Shown: positions 1 to 10,878, numbered from the stretch's first letter. The stretch is DNA of 64,000 nt from Patescibacteria group bacterium (GCA_038065555.1 JBBTQS010000001.1:256741-320740); one strand, 5' to 3'. Notes: a model not told the origin generated them from the sequence alone. Program-made: numbers and translations.

Positions 1-315
1 GAGACCAGCCGCATCCCTCTCATTTTGTTTCTGACTCTAGTGCTCCTCATCGGCCTGAGGGCGTACGACCAGTCTTCTAGTTCTGACAAGGTGCCGCTCG
101 CACAGCAGCAGCCAGCACCTGTTCGAGAGAACAAGCCTGGCGGCTTGCCACTGGCTGCACCGGAATGCGAGAACGCGAACGACTGCGAAGAGCAGTACAA
201 GCGCGCGAACTCGTCGACCGATTTGGGCACGATCCCAACATTCCAGTGCAAGGAGGGCGAGAACGGCAGGAAGGCCTGCTTCGCCACGCACCGGCTGATC
301 AACAACGCGCCATAG
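1..315 (+). CDS. Small membrane-anchored/secreted hypothetical protein, 5'-truncated by the window edge
   Basis: Frame is open from base 1. Hydrophobic stretch ILFLTLVLLIGL, Pro/Gln linker, four Cys; followed by a terminator. Confidence 0.55.
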   Translation, partial: ETSRIPLILFLTLVLLIGLRAYDQSSSSDKVPLAQQQPAPVRENKPGGLPLAAPECENANDCEEQYKRANSSTDLGTIPTFQCKEGENGRKACFATHRLINNAP

Positions 316-346
316 ACGCCGCACACTGCGACGTCTGCCGCAACCG

Positions 347-385
347 AACCCGCATATCATACGATGTGCGGGTTTCGTCTTTTTT
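347..385 (+). terminator. Intrinsic terminator
   Basis: GAACCCGCATATC-ATAC-GATGTGCGGGTTTC followed by a T run. Confidence 0.7.
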
Positions 386-404
386 GTGCTATACTTGTCC
401 TTGT

Positions 405-944
405 ATGCCATCCATGCAAGACGTACTCAATACATTGCCAAAGCACGAAACAACGCTGGGTGCTGAACCTATTCCACCAGAGCGCATCGGCGAACCACCT
501 GAGAATTTGGGTTCTGAACTCCATCCGCACCAAGAATCAGAATCGCTTACTGAGGAATTGAGTTCTGAACATATTGATGCAATCCCCGACCACACTATTG
601 CAGCGCCCACCGTTGCGCCAACAGCGCCACAAGCACCATCCGCAACCGACGTTCGTGCTTCCAAGGACCCGCTCACACGTGACATCGAGAAAATCCTCGA
701 AGAAAATCTCGCTGAATCATTCACCATGATGACGCCTGAGCAGCAAAACAAATTCAAAACTGCTGGAGAACGCGTGACTGCTGCCATCCGCCAAATCATC
801 AAGTCAGGAATCGTGCAAATGAAGAAGGTACTGAGTTTGATTAGTGATTGGCTCCGCATGATCCCCGGTGTGAATCGATTTTTCCTCGAAAAAGAATCCA
901 AGATCAAGGCCGAGAAAATCCTGCTTCTTGGTGGACAATTCTAA
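405..944 (+). CDS. Conserved CPR-type hypothetical protein upstream of the VirD4-like ATPase
   Basis: ATG 405 lies 9 nt after TGC-TATACT. Disordered N-terminus; helical C-terminus (WLRMIPGVNRFFLEKESKIKAEKIL) recognised from Parcubacteria. Confidence 0.75.
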   Translation: MPSMQDVLNTLPKHETTLGAEPIPPERIGEPPENLGSELHPHQESESLTEELSSEHIDAIPDHTIAAPTVAPTAPQAPSATDVRASKDPLTRDIEKILEENLAESFTMMTPEQQNKFKTAGERVTAAIRQIIKSGIVQMKKVLSLISDWLRMIPGVNRFFLEKESKIKAEKILLLGGQF

Positions 945-956
945 CGCTCCTTTTGC

Positions 957-3464
957 ATGGACACTTCCCAGACACTCACGGCTGCTGACCTGCTCATCAA
1001 CGTCCTTATTGCTGTAGCATCACTGCTCATGGCAGCTGGTGCGCTCTTTTTGCTCCGCATCTTCTTGCGCACACGACATCACCGCACGGTGAGTCTCACC
1101 ATGAGCACTCTACTCATTCGCGTACCGAAGGAGAAGAAGGATCAGCAGCAACAATCCACCACCATGCAATCCGTGGAGTATCTGCGCCAAGATATTGCTG
1201 TGATGGAAACCATTTTCGCAACCATCGGCGGACTGCGTGCGCAGCGCGGCATCATGGCGTGGCTTCGAGGCCGCGAAGATCACGTGAGTTTCGAAATTGT
1301 TTCGCGCGGTGGCAATATTTATTTCTACTGCGTCGTGCCGCGCACATTAGAATCGTTCCTCATCCAACAAATCCACGCGCAGTTCCCATCAGCGCAGATT
1401 GATCGCGAAGAGGATTACAATTTCTTTTCGCCCAAGAGCTCGATTCTCGGCGCGTACATCACGATGACACGCGAGTTCCCCTTTGCCATCAAATCATTCA
1501 AGGAGCAAGATAGCGACCCTCTCTCAGGCCTCACCAACCCACTGGCAAAAATCGACAAGACCGACGGCGCTGCTATTCAATTTGTGGTCCGCTCCAGCAA
1601 GAAGCAATGGCGCAAGCGTGCGAAGTCCATCATCACCCAACTCCAAAAAGGCAAATACCTCACGCAGCACAATGACGGCGTTGGCGCACTCACCCATATG
1701 GCAGGTGCGATGATCAGTGGCAGCAAGCAAGAACAAACACCACAGCAATACCACATGACCGCGTCTGAAGACGAGATGGTCAAGCGCATTGACCACAAGA
1801 TGTCCAAGGCCGGACTCGATGTGAACATTCGTGTAGTTGTTGCTGCACAAAACGACGAACGCGCGCGACAATACCTCGACCAAATCGTGAGCGCCTTTGG
1901 GCAGTTCAACAACTACTCGTACGGCAACTCATTCAAAGCGCTCGTGCCCCGCATTCAGTCCATGGCGATCGAGGATTTTATTTATCGAGCGTTCACCGAA
2001 CGTCGCAGACTCGTACTCAACACTGAGGAAATGGCGTCGCTCTGGCACCCACCACTTCCTACTATTGAGACACCGAACATTGTTTGGCTGGGCGCACGCA
2101 AGGCACCACCACCACAGAACATGCCGAAGGAAGGAATCACGCTGGGCAAGGTTGTGTATCGCGGCGTAGAGAGCGAAGTGCGCATCAAGCGATCAGATCG
2201 ACGTCGCCACCTCTACACCATCGGTAAATCCGGTTCTGGTAAATCCGTGTTCCTCGAGAACATGGCGATTCAGGATATCAACAATGGCGAAGGTGTGTGT
2301 GTCGTAGATCCACACGGAGATCTCGTGCAACACATTCTCGCCAACATCCCAGAGCATCGCATCGATGATGTGGTGTACTTCTGTCCGTCAGATCTCGACC
2401 GCCCTATTGGACTCAACATGCTCGAAGCAAAGACCGAGGACCAGAAGGACTTCCTTGTACAAGAAATGATCGCGATCTTCTACAAGCTGTTCCCACCTGA
2501 GATGATCGGACCAATGTTCGAGCACCAGATGCGCAACGTCATGCTCACGCTCATGGCCGACATTGAGAATCCAGGAACCATTGCCGAGATCCCCCGCATG
2601 TTCTCTGACGAAGCGTATTCGAAGACCTGGGTTGCAAAGCTCAAGGACCCAGTCGTGCGCGCATTCTGGGAAAAGGAAATGGCAAAGACATCAGACTTCC
2701 ACAAGTCCGAAATGCTTGGCTATCTCGTATCCAAGGTCGGACGATTCGTGGAGAACGAAATGTTGCGCAACATCATTGGTCAACCACACTCAGGATTTGA
2801 TTTCCGCGAAGTAATGGACAACAAAAAGATTTTACTTGTGAACCTTTCCAAGGGAACTACAGGTGAAATGAATGCCAAACTCCTCGGACTCATCATTGTT
2901 GCGAAGTTACAGATGGCTGCACTCTCGCGCGCAGACCTGCCTGAGAATGAGCGTCATGACTTCTATCTCTACATCGACGAATTCCAGAACTTCATCACTG
3001 ATTCGATCTCCACGATCCTGTCTGAAGCACGCAAATACCGACTCAATCTCACCATTGCTCACCAATACATGGGACAGCTCGTCGAGAGTGGCAAGAATGA
3101 CACGTCGATTCGCGATGCGGTGCTTGGTAACGTCGGAACCATGGCGGCCTTTCGTATTGGTCCAGAAGATGCTGACCTATTACAAAAGGAGTTTGCACCT
3201 GTTTTCTCAGCGTATGACCTCATTAACGTGGAGCAGTACACTGCATACGTGAAACTGTTGATTGACAACACCGCTGCAAAGCCATTTAATATGGCTACGA
3301 CCGCACCGCTCCCAGAGAACAACGAATACGCGGATATGCTCAAGCAGCTCTCCCGTCTCAAATACGGCAAGGACCGCGCGATGGTTGAGGAAGATATCAT
3401 GGAACGCAGCCAGTTGGGCTCCATGACCATGCCACCTCAACCGCTCACTGAATCGAAACTCTAG
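957..3464 (+). CDS. VirD4/TraD/HerA-like (DUF87) type IV coupling-protein-like ATPase
   Basis: N-terminal TM; RRRHLYTIGKSGSGKS Walker A; VVDPHGD; LYIDEFQNF Walker B; LSEARKYRLNLTIAHQY. Confidence 0.9.
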   Translation: MDTSQTLTAADLLINVLIAVASLLMAAGALFLLRIFLRTRHHRTVSLTMSTLLIRVPKEKKDQQQQSTTMQSVEYLRQDIAVMETIFATIGGLRAQRGIMAWLRGREDHVSFEIVSRGGNIYFYCVVPRTLESFLIQQIHAQFPSAQIDREEDYNFFSPKSSILGAYITMTREFPFAIKSFKEQDSDPLSGLTNPLAKIDKTDGAAIQFVVRSSKKQWRKRAKSIITQLQKGKYLTQHNDGVGALTHMAGAMISGSKQEQTPQQYHMTASEDEMVKRIDHKMSKAGLDVNIRVVVAAQNDERARQYLDQIVSAFGQFNNYSYGNSFKALVPRIQSMAIEDFIYRAFTERRRLVLNTEEMASLWHPPLPTIETPNIVWLGARKAPPPQNMPKEGITLGKVVYRGVESEVRIKRSDRRRHLYTIGKSGSGKSVFLENMAIQDINNGEGVCVVDPHGDLVQHILANIPEHRIDDVVYFCPSDLDRPIGLNMLEAKTEDQKDFLVQEMIAIFYKLFPPEMIGPMFEHQMRNVMLTLMADIENPGTIAEIPRMFSDEAYSKTWVAKLKDPVVRAFWEKEMAKTSDFHKSEMLGYLVSKVGRFVENEMLRNIIGQPHSGFDFREVMDNKKILLVNLSKGTTGEMNAKLLGLIIVAKLQMAALSRADLPENERHDFYLYIDEFQNFITDSISTILSEARKYRLNLTIAHQYMGQLVESGKNDTSIRDAVLGNVGTMAAFRIGPEDADLLQKEFAPVFSAYDLINVEQYTAYVKLLIDNTAAKPFNMATTAPLPENNEYADMLKQLSRLKYGKDRAMVEEDIMERSQLGSMTMPPQPLTESKL

Positions 3465-3488
3465 TTGTACTTCTTTTAACTCAACGCT

Positions 3489-4190
3489 ATGGATTCGCTT
3501 GGCAACTTGTTGCACAGCCGTTCTTCGGACTTCTTTCCTCCACAACTTCCCAACGCTCCCGTGCCGCAATCTGCGCCCGAAGTTACTGCACCCACGCCAG
3601 CTCCTGCGCCAGAGCCGCAGCAGCCAGACAGACTCACACAACTGCACACGCTCGTTCACGAAATCGAAGAGCGCCTCGCTCGCGTTCGAGAAATTCTTGC
3701 CAGCGATCAGACACGAGACAATCATCCACACTCCCCTGTGGGTCTACCAACTGTGACAACCCACGGTCGGCCACCAACCATGTCGCCAGTCCACGAGGCA
3801 CCGAAGTCGACACTAGAGCTCACCGTCCACGAAGGAGTATTCAATGGCGAAGAAATGATCGGCGCTGACGGACAGAACTACCCAGTCCCTACCAATTACG
3901 CGTCCAAATCCAAGCTCGTAGAAGGCGATCTCCTCAAGGTCACTATTCTCCCTACCGGCGAGCTCATGTACAAGCAGACCGGTCCAGTAGAGCGCGATCG
4001 CAAAATGGGCAAACTCGTGAAGCACGATGACGGATCCTTCACGGTTATCACTGACAACGTAGAATATCGCGTCCTAACTGCTGCAGTGACGTATCATCGT
4101 GGCGCGCATGGACACACCGCTGTAGTACTCGTGCCGCGCGACAGCTTTAGCACGTGGGCTGCTGTTGAATGTATCTTTCATCAACCGTAA
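3489..4190 (+). CDS. Conserved CPR hypothetical protein (coiled coil plus beta domain)
   Basis: EGVFNGEEMIG..YPVPTNYASKSKLVEGD.LK motif recognised from CPR genomes; operonic between the ATPase and dnaX. Confidence 0.75.
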   Translation: MDSLGNLLHSRSSDFFPPQLPNAPVPQSAPEVTAPTPAPAPEPQQPDRLTQLHTLVHEIEERLARVREILASDQTRDNHPHSPVGLPTVTTHGRPPTMSPVHEAPKSTLELTVHEGVFNGEEMIGADGQNYPVPTNYASKSKLVEGDLLKVTILPTGELMYKQTGPVERDRKMGKLVKHDDGSFTVITDNVEYRVLTAAVTYHRGAHGHTAVVLVPRDSFSTWAAVECIFHQP

Positions 4191-4201
4191 TACTTCCTCC
4201 T

Positions 4202-5830
4202 ATGGCACAGACACTCTACCGCAAATACCGTCCACTGCGCTGGTCTGATGTTGTAGGTCAGGATCATGTGGTGAAGACCCTCACCAATGAATTGCGCCGC
4301 AACGCACTCGTGCACGCCTATCTCTTCACTGGTCCTCGTGGTGTGGGCAAGACCACATCAGCTCGCCTGCTGGCCAAGGCTGCCAACTGCACAGGACGCG
4401 CTGACGCTGCAGAGCCATGTGAGACGTGCCCACAGTGCGTTGCATTTGCTGGTGGACAAGCAATCGACATTATCGAAATCGACGCAGCAAGCCACACAGG
4501 CGTAGACATGGTGCGCGAACATATTATTGAGAATGCTCGGTTCCTCCCCACGCAATCTCGGTACAAAGTTTTCATTATTGATGAAGTGCACATGCTCTCG
4601 ACGAGCGCATTCAACGCACTTCTGAAGACGCTCGAGGAGCCGCCAGCACACGCGCTCTTCATTCTTGCGACCACAGAGATCGACAAATTGCTCGCCACGA
4701 TCCGTTCGCGCTGCGAAGAATATGTATTTCGCCGCGTACCACACGCACTCATCGTAGAGAAATTGCGCACGATCACCACGAGTGAATCACGCGAAGTCGC
4801 CGATGATGTCATCGCACAAATTGCCAGCAACGCTGATGGCTGCCTTCGTGATGCAGAGAGCCTCCTCGGCCAAGTACTCTCGCTCACCGATGGCCCTATC
4901 ACCATGGCCGAGTGTGAACATATTTTGCCACGCGTTGCATACAAAGAAGCCATTGCTATTCTTGAGGCCATCGGCAGCCACAATGCTATGGCTGGACTTG
5001 CCGTTGTTGATTCACTTGCTGACAACGCAACAGAATTCCACGGGTTCGCCAACCAACTCATTGATGTGGCACGTCTGGTGCTCCTCGCAATGCACCGTGC
5101 TGTCATGGAAGAAGAGCGTGCGCGGTTCGACGAAGAATCACTCGCGCGACTTGGTGCACTTGCAAAGACATTCACACCAACGCGCATCACTACTGCGCTC
5201 ACCACATTACTTCAGGCTCGCATTGCTATTAACACCGCACCACTGCCGCAATTGCCTATTGAGATTGCCATTGTGGAGCTTTGCAACGATGCACCTCAGG
5301 CTGCTCCTGTAGTGCATCAGACCTCCTCTGTATCCCCAACCCAGTTCACAACGGCTCCTGCTGCGTCTGTAGCGTCTACCAGCGACGCTGGATCATCTCG
5401 CGCGCTTCCACCAGCACCACAACCACCTGCTCCAGCAGCGTCCACGAGCACCACATCCTCCACAGCACGAACACCGTTATCCAACGCGCCGCTCACGCTC
5501 ACACTCGACAACATCAAATCTCGTTGGAATAAGTTCTTGGAATTCGTGGGTGAGAAGAACCCTTCGACAATGCTGCTCCTACGCATGGCCGTTCCCACAA
5601 CGATCGAAGGGAACAAATTGCGTCTCGAATGTGGCTTCGCACTGCACGCAGACAAACTCCGCGAACCGAAGATCAAATTCGTTGCTGAGGAGTTTTTTGC
5701 TACGTTCTTTGCAGAGCGCGCTGACCTTGACTGCTCGTCTGTCACTATGGTACAACAGAGTACGCCTGACGTAGTCAGCCCCGAAGCAGCGGCTCTTGCC
5801 GCTGAGTTCGAAGGTCAGGTTGTAGGCTGA
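4202..5830 (+). CDS. dnaX: DNA polymerase III subunit gamma/tau
   Basis: LYRKYRP, GPRGVGKTT, Zn-binding C..PCETCPQC, IIDEVHML, FNALLKTLEEPP, IRSRC. Confidence 0.97.
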   Translation: MAQTLYRKYRPLRWSDVVGQDHVVKTLTNELRRNALVHAYLFTGPRGVGKTTSARLLAKAANCTGRADAAEPCETCPQCVAFAGGQAIDIIEIDAASHTGVDMVREHIIENARFLPTQSRYKVFIIDEVHMLSTSAFNALLKTLEEPPAHALFILATTEIDKLLATIRSRCEEYVFRRVPHALIVEKLRTITTSESREVADDVIAQIASNADGCLRDAESLLGQVLSLTDGPITMAECEHILPRVAYKEAIAILEAIGSHNAMAGLAVVDSLADNATEFHGFANQLIDVARLVLLAMHRAVMEEERARFDEESLARLGALAKTFTPTRITTALTTLLQARIAINTAPLPQLPIEIAIVELCNDAPQAAPVVHQTSSVSPTQFTTAPAASVASTSDAGSSRALPPAPQPPAPAASTSTTSSTARTPLSNAPLTLTLDNIKSRWNKFLEFVGEKNPSTMLLLRMAVPTTIEGNKLRLECGFALHADKLREPKIKFVAEEFFATFFAERADLDCSSVTMVQQSTPDVVSPEAAALAAEFEGQVVG

Positions 5831-5834
5831 CAAT

Positions 5835-5908
5835 TCCGGGATCGTCTAATGGTAGGACTCATGCCTCTGGAGCATGCTATCTTGGTTCGAATCCAGGTCC
5901 CGGAGCCA
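5835..5908 (+). tRNA. tRNA-Gln (anticodon CTG)
   Basis: Acceptor TCCGGGA/TCCCGGA+G+CCA; anticodon arm CATGC-CTCTGGA-GCATG; T-loop TTCGAAT. Confidence 0.95.
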
Positions 5909-5910
5909 AA

Positions 5911-5940
5911 ACAAAAACACACCTTGCGGTGTGTTTTTGT
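5911..5940. terminator. Bidirectional hairpin terminator between the tRNA and the convergent RND gene
   Basis: ACAAAAACACACC-TTGC-GGTGTGTTTTTGT perfect inverted repeat. Confidence 0.85.
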
Positions 5941-5952
5941 GCGGATAGCTAT

Positions 5953-8900
5953 TTAGAATCCACTAGTGTCCACTTCTGATTGCATAGCAGCTTTCTTACC
6001 AAATCGATAGAAAACTGCCGGAGTCAAGAATAGCGAAATCGCCGTAGAAGATACTAGGCCACCGAATATAACGACAGCTAACGGGTGCAATAATTCCTTG
6101 CCAGGCTCACCACCGGCTAGCATAAGAGGAATTAATGCAAGAGCAGTAACAAGAGAAGTCATCAGAACCGGAACAACTCTATCCAGTGTTGCTTTAAGGA
6201 TTGTTTCAGGGCTGAATGGTTCCTGATCCTTTTGCACCAACTGTAAGCACTTACCCAGCAACATGATTCCGTTTCTAGAAACGATACCAGCAAGAGATAT
6301 GAACCCGACTAAATGAGCAAGATTAATTACACCGCCAGTAATCCACACTCCCACAATACCACCGATAAACACCGTTGGTATATTAAGCATTATCTGCAAC
6401 ACCAATGGTGTGGACCTAAATGCCTTGTAAAGAATACCGAAAATCAACAGCAGCCCCAGCCCAAATAGGACGGTCAATCTTCTACTGTTTTCCTTCTGGC
6501 TTTTATATGTCCCTTCGTAAGAGATTGTTTGCCCAGTCGGTAATTTTTTAGAGCTCATTACCGTTCTTACGTTTTCGACAGCTCCTACAATGTCCGAACC
6601 TTGATAGTTGGCGCTAACCACCAGAATACGTTTACCACCCTCGTGACTAAATCGGTTGCGACCAGCATCGAGCCTGATATCTGCCGCACCTCCCAAGGAT
6701 TCAGCACCGGTAAATGGGAGTGACAGATCGCGCAAAGCATCCGAGTTCCCACGGGAAGAAAGGTCATACCGGGCTACAACATCAATACGTGCCGGTCCCT
6801 GCTGAACTTGCCCGATTCTCTGACCCAGTAATCCCTGTTCCAACTCTTCAGCTACTTCACCACTGGACACACCGTATTCGGCTAATCTATTTCGATCAGG
6901 ATAGATACGGAATTCTGGAACCATAACTTCTTTTTGCACCTGTGGATTTTTGACACCTGGCTGTTTTGCAAGCTCGCTCTGTATCTGCTCTGCTGTTTGT
7001 CGCAACGTGACCAAATCATCACCAAAAACTTTCATGACGATTGGTGCACGGACACCGGACAATAATTCTTCAACTCGGTGAGTAATCGGTTGTCCCAAGC
7101 TATAGTCAGCTCCGGGAAATCTATCAAGAACTTTCTGCAACTCCTTAAATAATATCTCTGATTCTCCCTCTAGGCCTGGTTCAAATACAACTTGAATTTC
7201 GCTTGTATTTGCACCGCTGTCATGAGGATCAGCACCGGCACGTCCGGTGATATGGCTGACGCGTCTAACCCCCTCAACCTCACGCATAGCATCTTCAACT
7301 TTGGAAGCAAACTCATTGGAGGTATTGAGATCGGTGCCTACTGGCATGACTACTGAAATTGTTGCCGAGCCCTCATTGAATGGCGGTATTCCTTCTTTGC
7401 CAGCCAAGAAATAGAGAACTCCTGCAATGCCCATAGTCGCAACTGTTCCAATCAACACGAACTTTACATTATGAATGCTCCAGAGAATCATCGGTCCAAT
7501 CTTCTGCTTGATAGCTCTCACCAGTCGCGTTTCTTCTTCATGGCCCCTGCTTGAGCCCTTGGCCAATAAGTAAGAAGATAGTACCGGAGTTACACTAAGA
7601 GAGACCACTAATGACGCGATTAGTGAAATCAGGTATGCAGCTCCCAAGGACGAAAGTAAGCGACCCTCGACGCCCGGGATAAAGAAAATTGGCAAGAACA
7701 CGACCGCCACTAACACTGTCGCATAGACAATTGAGTTACGAACCTCACTGGAAGCTTTAAACACTACTTCCATGATGGATGCGCCGGTAGAACCTTTTCG
7801 TCGCCATTCTCTAAGTCTCTTGGAAACATTTTCTACATCGACGATAGCATCATCTACCAGTTCTCCGATAGCAACTGTGATACCTCCAAGCGTCATCACG
7901 TTTACCGACAAGTCAAGGAAACGAAATACAATAACCGTAACGAGAATGCTTAGTGGAATTGCCGTGAGCGTGATAAAGGTAATCCTTACATTCATCAAGA
8001 ACAGAATGAGGATAATAATCACGAGGATCGTCCCATCACGCAGAGCCTCCAAGACATTGCTCAACCCTGCATTAATGAACCACTCCTGACGGAAAAGGTC
8101 ATTTTTGAGTTCTACTCCTTGAGGCAAGCCGGTATTGAGAGACTCCAAAGCTTCATCTACTGCTTCGGTTACCTTTAATGTTTCTGCTTCTGGTTGTTTG
8201 GCAATACGCAGAATGACGCCAGGATTACCATCAATGGTTGCACTCCCACGAACAGGACTTGCTCCTTCCTGAAGAACGGCAACGTCTGCCAATCTAATGG
8301 GTCTACCTTCAAAATTGCCAATTGCGATATCTTGCAATTCAGCAATCTCATTCGGTGCTATGAGTATACGCAAAGGATATTCTTTGCCACCCTGCACAAG
8401 TAGTCCGCCACTTTTGTTGTTGAGGGCTGTGCCAATATTTTCAGCAATATCTTCTATACGCAAGTCATATCGACGCATTTGCTCGGCATTGGTATTTATT
8501 TGCCACTCTCGAACATCCCCACCGAGCACAATTACATCAGATACCCCGGGGACTCGTAGTAGTGCTGGTCTGATAGTCCAATCAGCGAGTGTTCGGAGTT
8601 GCATTCCATCCACCTTGCCATCTTCTGATGTTAATCCTGCCCACATAATCTCGCCCATGATCGAACCGACCGGTCCAAGTACAGGCTTCACACCTTCGGG
8701 GAGTTGCAAGCGTGAGATACGCTCTTGAATTATTTGACGATTGCGAAATATATCACTACCCCAACCAAATTCAGCATTAACGATGGCTAACCCGAAAGAA
8801 GCAGTACCCCTAACACGTTCAACGCCAGGAGCGCCCGAAACGGCAGATTCAAGTGGAGTAAGTACAAGGCGTTCCACTTCTTCGGGGGCCAGTCCTTCAG

Positions 8901-9057
8901 CTTCGGCGAATACCGCAACTGTAGGCTTGTTGATATCTGGGAGCACGTCCACTTTCATAGTCGACAAGCTCCAAACACCGAGAACGCTTATCAAGCCAGC
9001 CATGGCAAGAACAGCGACTCTATTTTTTAGAGACCATTGAATGATTTTGTTAAACAT
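5953..9057 (-). CDS. Heavy-metal efflux RND permease, CusA/CzcA family
   Basis: 1034 aa; VDVLPDI, NVMTLGGITVAIGELVDDAIVDVEN, RVVPVLMT, GGLVSST HME-RND motifs. Confidence 0.93.
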   Translation of the reverse strand: MFNKIIQWSLKNRVAVLAMAGLISVLGVWSLSTMKVDVLPDINKPTVAVFAEAEGLAPEEVERLVLTPLESAVSGAPGVERVRGTASFGLAIVNAEFGWGSDIFRNRQIIQERISRLQLPEGVKPVLGPVGSIMGEIMWAGLTSEDGKVDGMQLRTLADWTIRPALLRVPGVSDVIVLGGDVREWQINTNAEQMRRYDLRIEDIAENIGTALNNKSGGLLVQGGKEYPLRILIAPNEIAELQDIAIGNFEGRPIRLADVAVLQEGASPVRGSATIDGNPGVILRIAKQPEAETLKVTEAVDEALESLNTGLPQGVELKNDLFRQEWFINAGLSNVLEALRDGTILVIIILILFLMNVRITFITLTAIPLSILVTVIVFRFLDLSVNVMTLGGITVAIGELVDDAIVDVENVSKRLREWRRKGSTGASIMEVVFKASSEVRNSIVYATVLVAVVFLPIFFIPGVEGRLLSSLGAAYLISLIASLVVSLSVTPVLSSYLLAKGSSRGHEEETRLVRAIKQKIGPMILWSIHNVKFVLIGTVATMGIAGVLYFLAGKEGIPPFNEGSATISVVMPVGTDLNTSNEFASKVEDAMREVEGVRRVSHITGRAGADPHDSGANTSEIQVVFEPGLEGESEILFKELQKVLDRFPGADYSLGQPITHRVEELLSGVRAPIVMKVFGDDLVTLRQTAEQIQSELAKQPGVKNPQVQKEVMVPEFRIYPDRNRLAEYGVSSGEVAEELEQGLLGQRIGQVQQGPARIDVVARYDLSSRGNSDALRDLSLPFTGAESLGGAADIRLDAGRNRFSHEGGKRILVVSANYQGSDIVGAVENVRTVMSSKKLPTGQTISYEGTYKSQKENSRRLTVLFGLGLLLIFGILYKAFRSTPLVLQIMLNIPTVFIGGIVGVWITGGVINLAHLVGFISLAGIVSRNGIMLLGKCLQLVQKDQEPFSPETILKATLDRVVPVLMTSLVTALALIPLMLAGGEPGKELLHPLAVVIFGGLVSSTAISLFLTPAVFYRFGKKAAMQSEVDTSGF

Positions 9058-9069
9058 ATAGGGTCTGTT

Positions 9070-10878
9070 TTATTCATCATGCGCATGGCCGTGACCATCG
9101 CCCTCTGGTTGTTCTTCTGTTTTATTTTCTGTGGTACTAGAAAGCTGATCAAGTTGCGTGCCTGTCTTGAGATCGCTTGTTGCTTTAGACACAATTCGAC
9201 TACCTTGCGCCAAGCCCTCTAGAATTTCAATTTTGTCCCCAAGTGTTCGACCGGTTTTGACTTCTTGAGGGCGGATTCTATTTTCTTCTGTGACAAGCCA
9301 CACAGTTGGGTGGCCAGTGTCATTCCACCAAACAGCAGAGAGCGATACTAGCGACTGATCGCCTTGAGTAGCTCCAGGTAATACCCGAACCGAAGCGTGT
9401 ACCGGCCAATCAACTGATTCAATAAAATCAGCATCGGCCAAGAAAGATCCGTTACTATCCAGAGATACACCTATTCCGACCAACTTGATTTTTCTACCAT
9501 CTTTGGGGAAGCCAGGACGAATAACAGTAAGAGTTTCTCCTGTTTGTGGTGGAGTAATGTTGCCTGGAATTCTAAATCGTGCGATGTGGTTTTTTTGAGT
9601 GCCGGAATTTATTGAAGCAACCGCCGTACCAGGACTCACAAAATCACCGTTCTTTTTCAGGATTATTGATACGATGCCTGCGCGAGGCGCGGTGATATTC
9701 AATCCACCAGTCAGCGCGCTAGAGATGGTGTAATAAGCGAAACCAGCACCCTCGGCTTCGGCACGCGCTAATTGTAATTGACGATCGAGATCAATTAGCT
9801 TTTCGTCAATATCCTTAATTTTTTCAGCAGTTTCTTTACTGGAATTAGCCGAACTAATGGAAAAGTCGGTTTTCTTGGCTGCCAACTCACTTTCAATTTT
9901 GGCAGTTTCAGTTTTGGCTTCTGTTAGATCTGTAATTTTTTCCGAGAGTTTAGCTCGTTCATCAGAAACAGCAACTCGCAATGGTGTAAGCCCCTCTGCG
10001 GATCCATTAACCCCGTAACTATTAGCCACGAGTGCATCCGCACTTTGGAGAAATTTGAGTGTTTTTTCTCCCGTTACATCAGCATCGTTTACGAAAGCTT
10101 TCACTGCCTCCGCCAAGTTGCGCATGAAGTCCGTTTGTGTGTTTCCATTCTGCTCTCCCAATCCGGACCTCACAGTAAAGGAGAAGTTTTGTGGATACTG
10201 CTTGTAGGTGATAATTGGATCAGCAGAAAAATTCATGAATAACGGGAATATTTTTCTGATGGCTTCACCGGAGTAATCTTTCACTGATTGCGTCTTGACT
10301 TGGATGTCTCTTTGCGAAGCGTCAAGAGAAGCTTGTACTGTTGCCAATGATTGGGACCTGTCAGAGCTAGCGTCATTGGATAAACTATCTGCTATCTGTT
10401 TGCTACTGTTTACTATCTGCGTTCGTAACGCCATCAGTTGTACTTTGCTCTTTTCTACATAAGTAGCTTGTGCTTCAGCTGTCGCTTTGGCTATTGTCAA
10501 ATTTTTGGCTTGCTCTGCAAGAACTCTAGTGAGTTCGGGAGTAGCAGGTGGAGCAGAAAGTCGTGCCAATACCTGACCTTGCCGGACTTTTTGTCCGATT
10601 GTAACTCTCCACTCCACAATTGTACCTTCGCGCTGGGGTTGCACCTCTACATCACCGGAAGAAATAATTTCTCCAGGCCAAGAAGTACCAACCTGATCAA
10701 TTTCAGTTGCTCCAGTCGATCCTATGGTTTCTAACGGGATATGCATCGCGCTCGCTACAGAAGTGACCTGGTTTGCGGCATCAGCACCACCACCTGACAC
10801 CCGTAAGAAGATTCCAGTGGAGATTGCCGCAACAACAATAAGGCCAGCCCCTGCGTAAAGCAGTTTCGGTTTGTTCAT
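9070..10878 (-). CDS. RND periplasmic adaptor (membrane fusion protein) with long coiled coil and His-rich tail
   Basis: N-terminal TM; split lipoyl halves (VTIGQKVRQGQVLARL ... ITAPRAGIV); VKTGR..IEILEGL.G; C-terminal HGHAHDE. Confidence 0.85.
   Translation of the reverse strand: MNKPKLLYAGAGLIVVAAISTGIFLRVSGGGADAANQVTSVASAMHIPLETIGSTGATEIDQVGTSWPGEIISSGDVEVQPQREGTIVEWRVTIGQKVRQGQVLARLSAPPATPELTRVLAEQAKNLTIAKATAEAQATYVEKSKVQLMALRTQIVNSSKQIADSLSNDASSDRSQSLATVQASLDASQRDIQVKTQSVKDYSGEAIRKIFPLFMNFSADPIITYKQYPQNFSFTVRSGLGEQNGNTQTDFMRNLAEAVKAFVNDADVTGEKTLKFLQSADALVANSYGVNGSAEGLTPLRVAVSDERAKLSEKITDLTEAKTETAKIESELAAKKTDFSISSANSSKETAEKIKDIDEKLIDLDRQLQLARAEAEGAGFAYYTISSALTGGLNITAPRAGIVSIILKKNGDFVSPGTAVASINSGTQKNHIARFRIPGNITPPQTGETLTVIRPGFPKDGRKIKLVGIGVSLDSNGSFLADADFIESVDWPVHASVRVLPGATQGDQSLVSLSAVWWNDTGHPTVWLVTEENRIRPQEVKTGRTLGDKIEILEGLAQGSRIVSKATSDLKTGTQLDQLSSTTENKTEEQPEGDGHGHAHDE

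Noticed and set aside
165-404. 5' extension of the 165..944 ORF
   Set aside because: It crosses a terminator and overlaps the upstream ORF; the promoter position supports ATG 405.
4202-5830. Programmed gamma/tau frameshift in dnaX
   Set aside because: No AAAAAAG or poly-A slippery site was seen in the linker.
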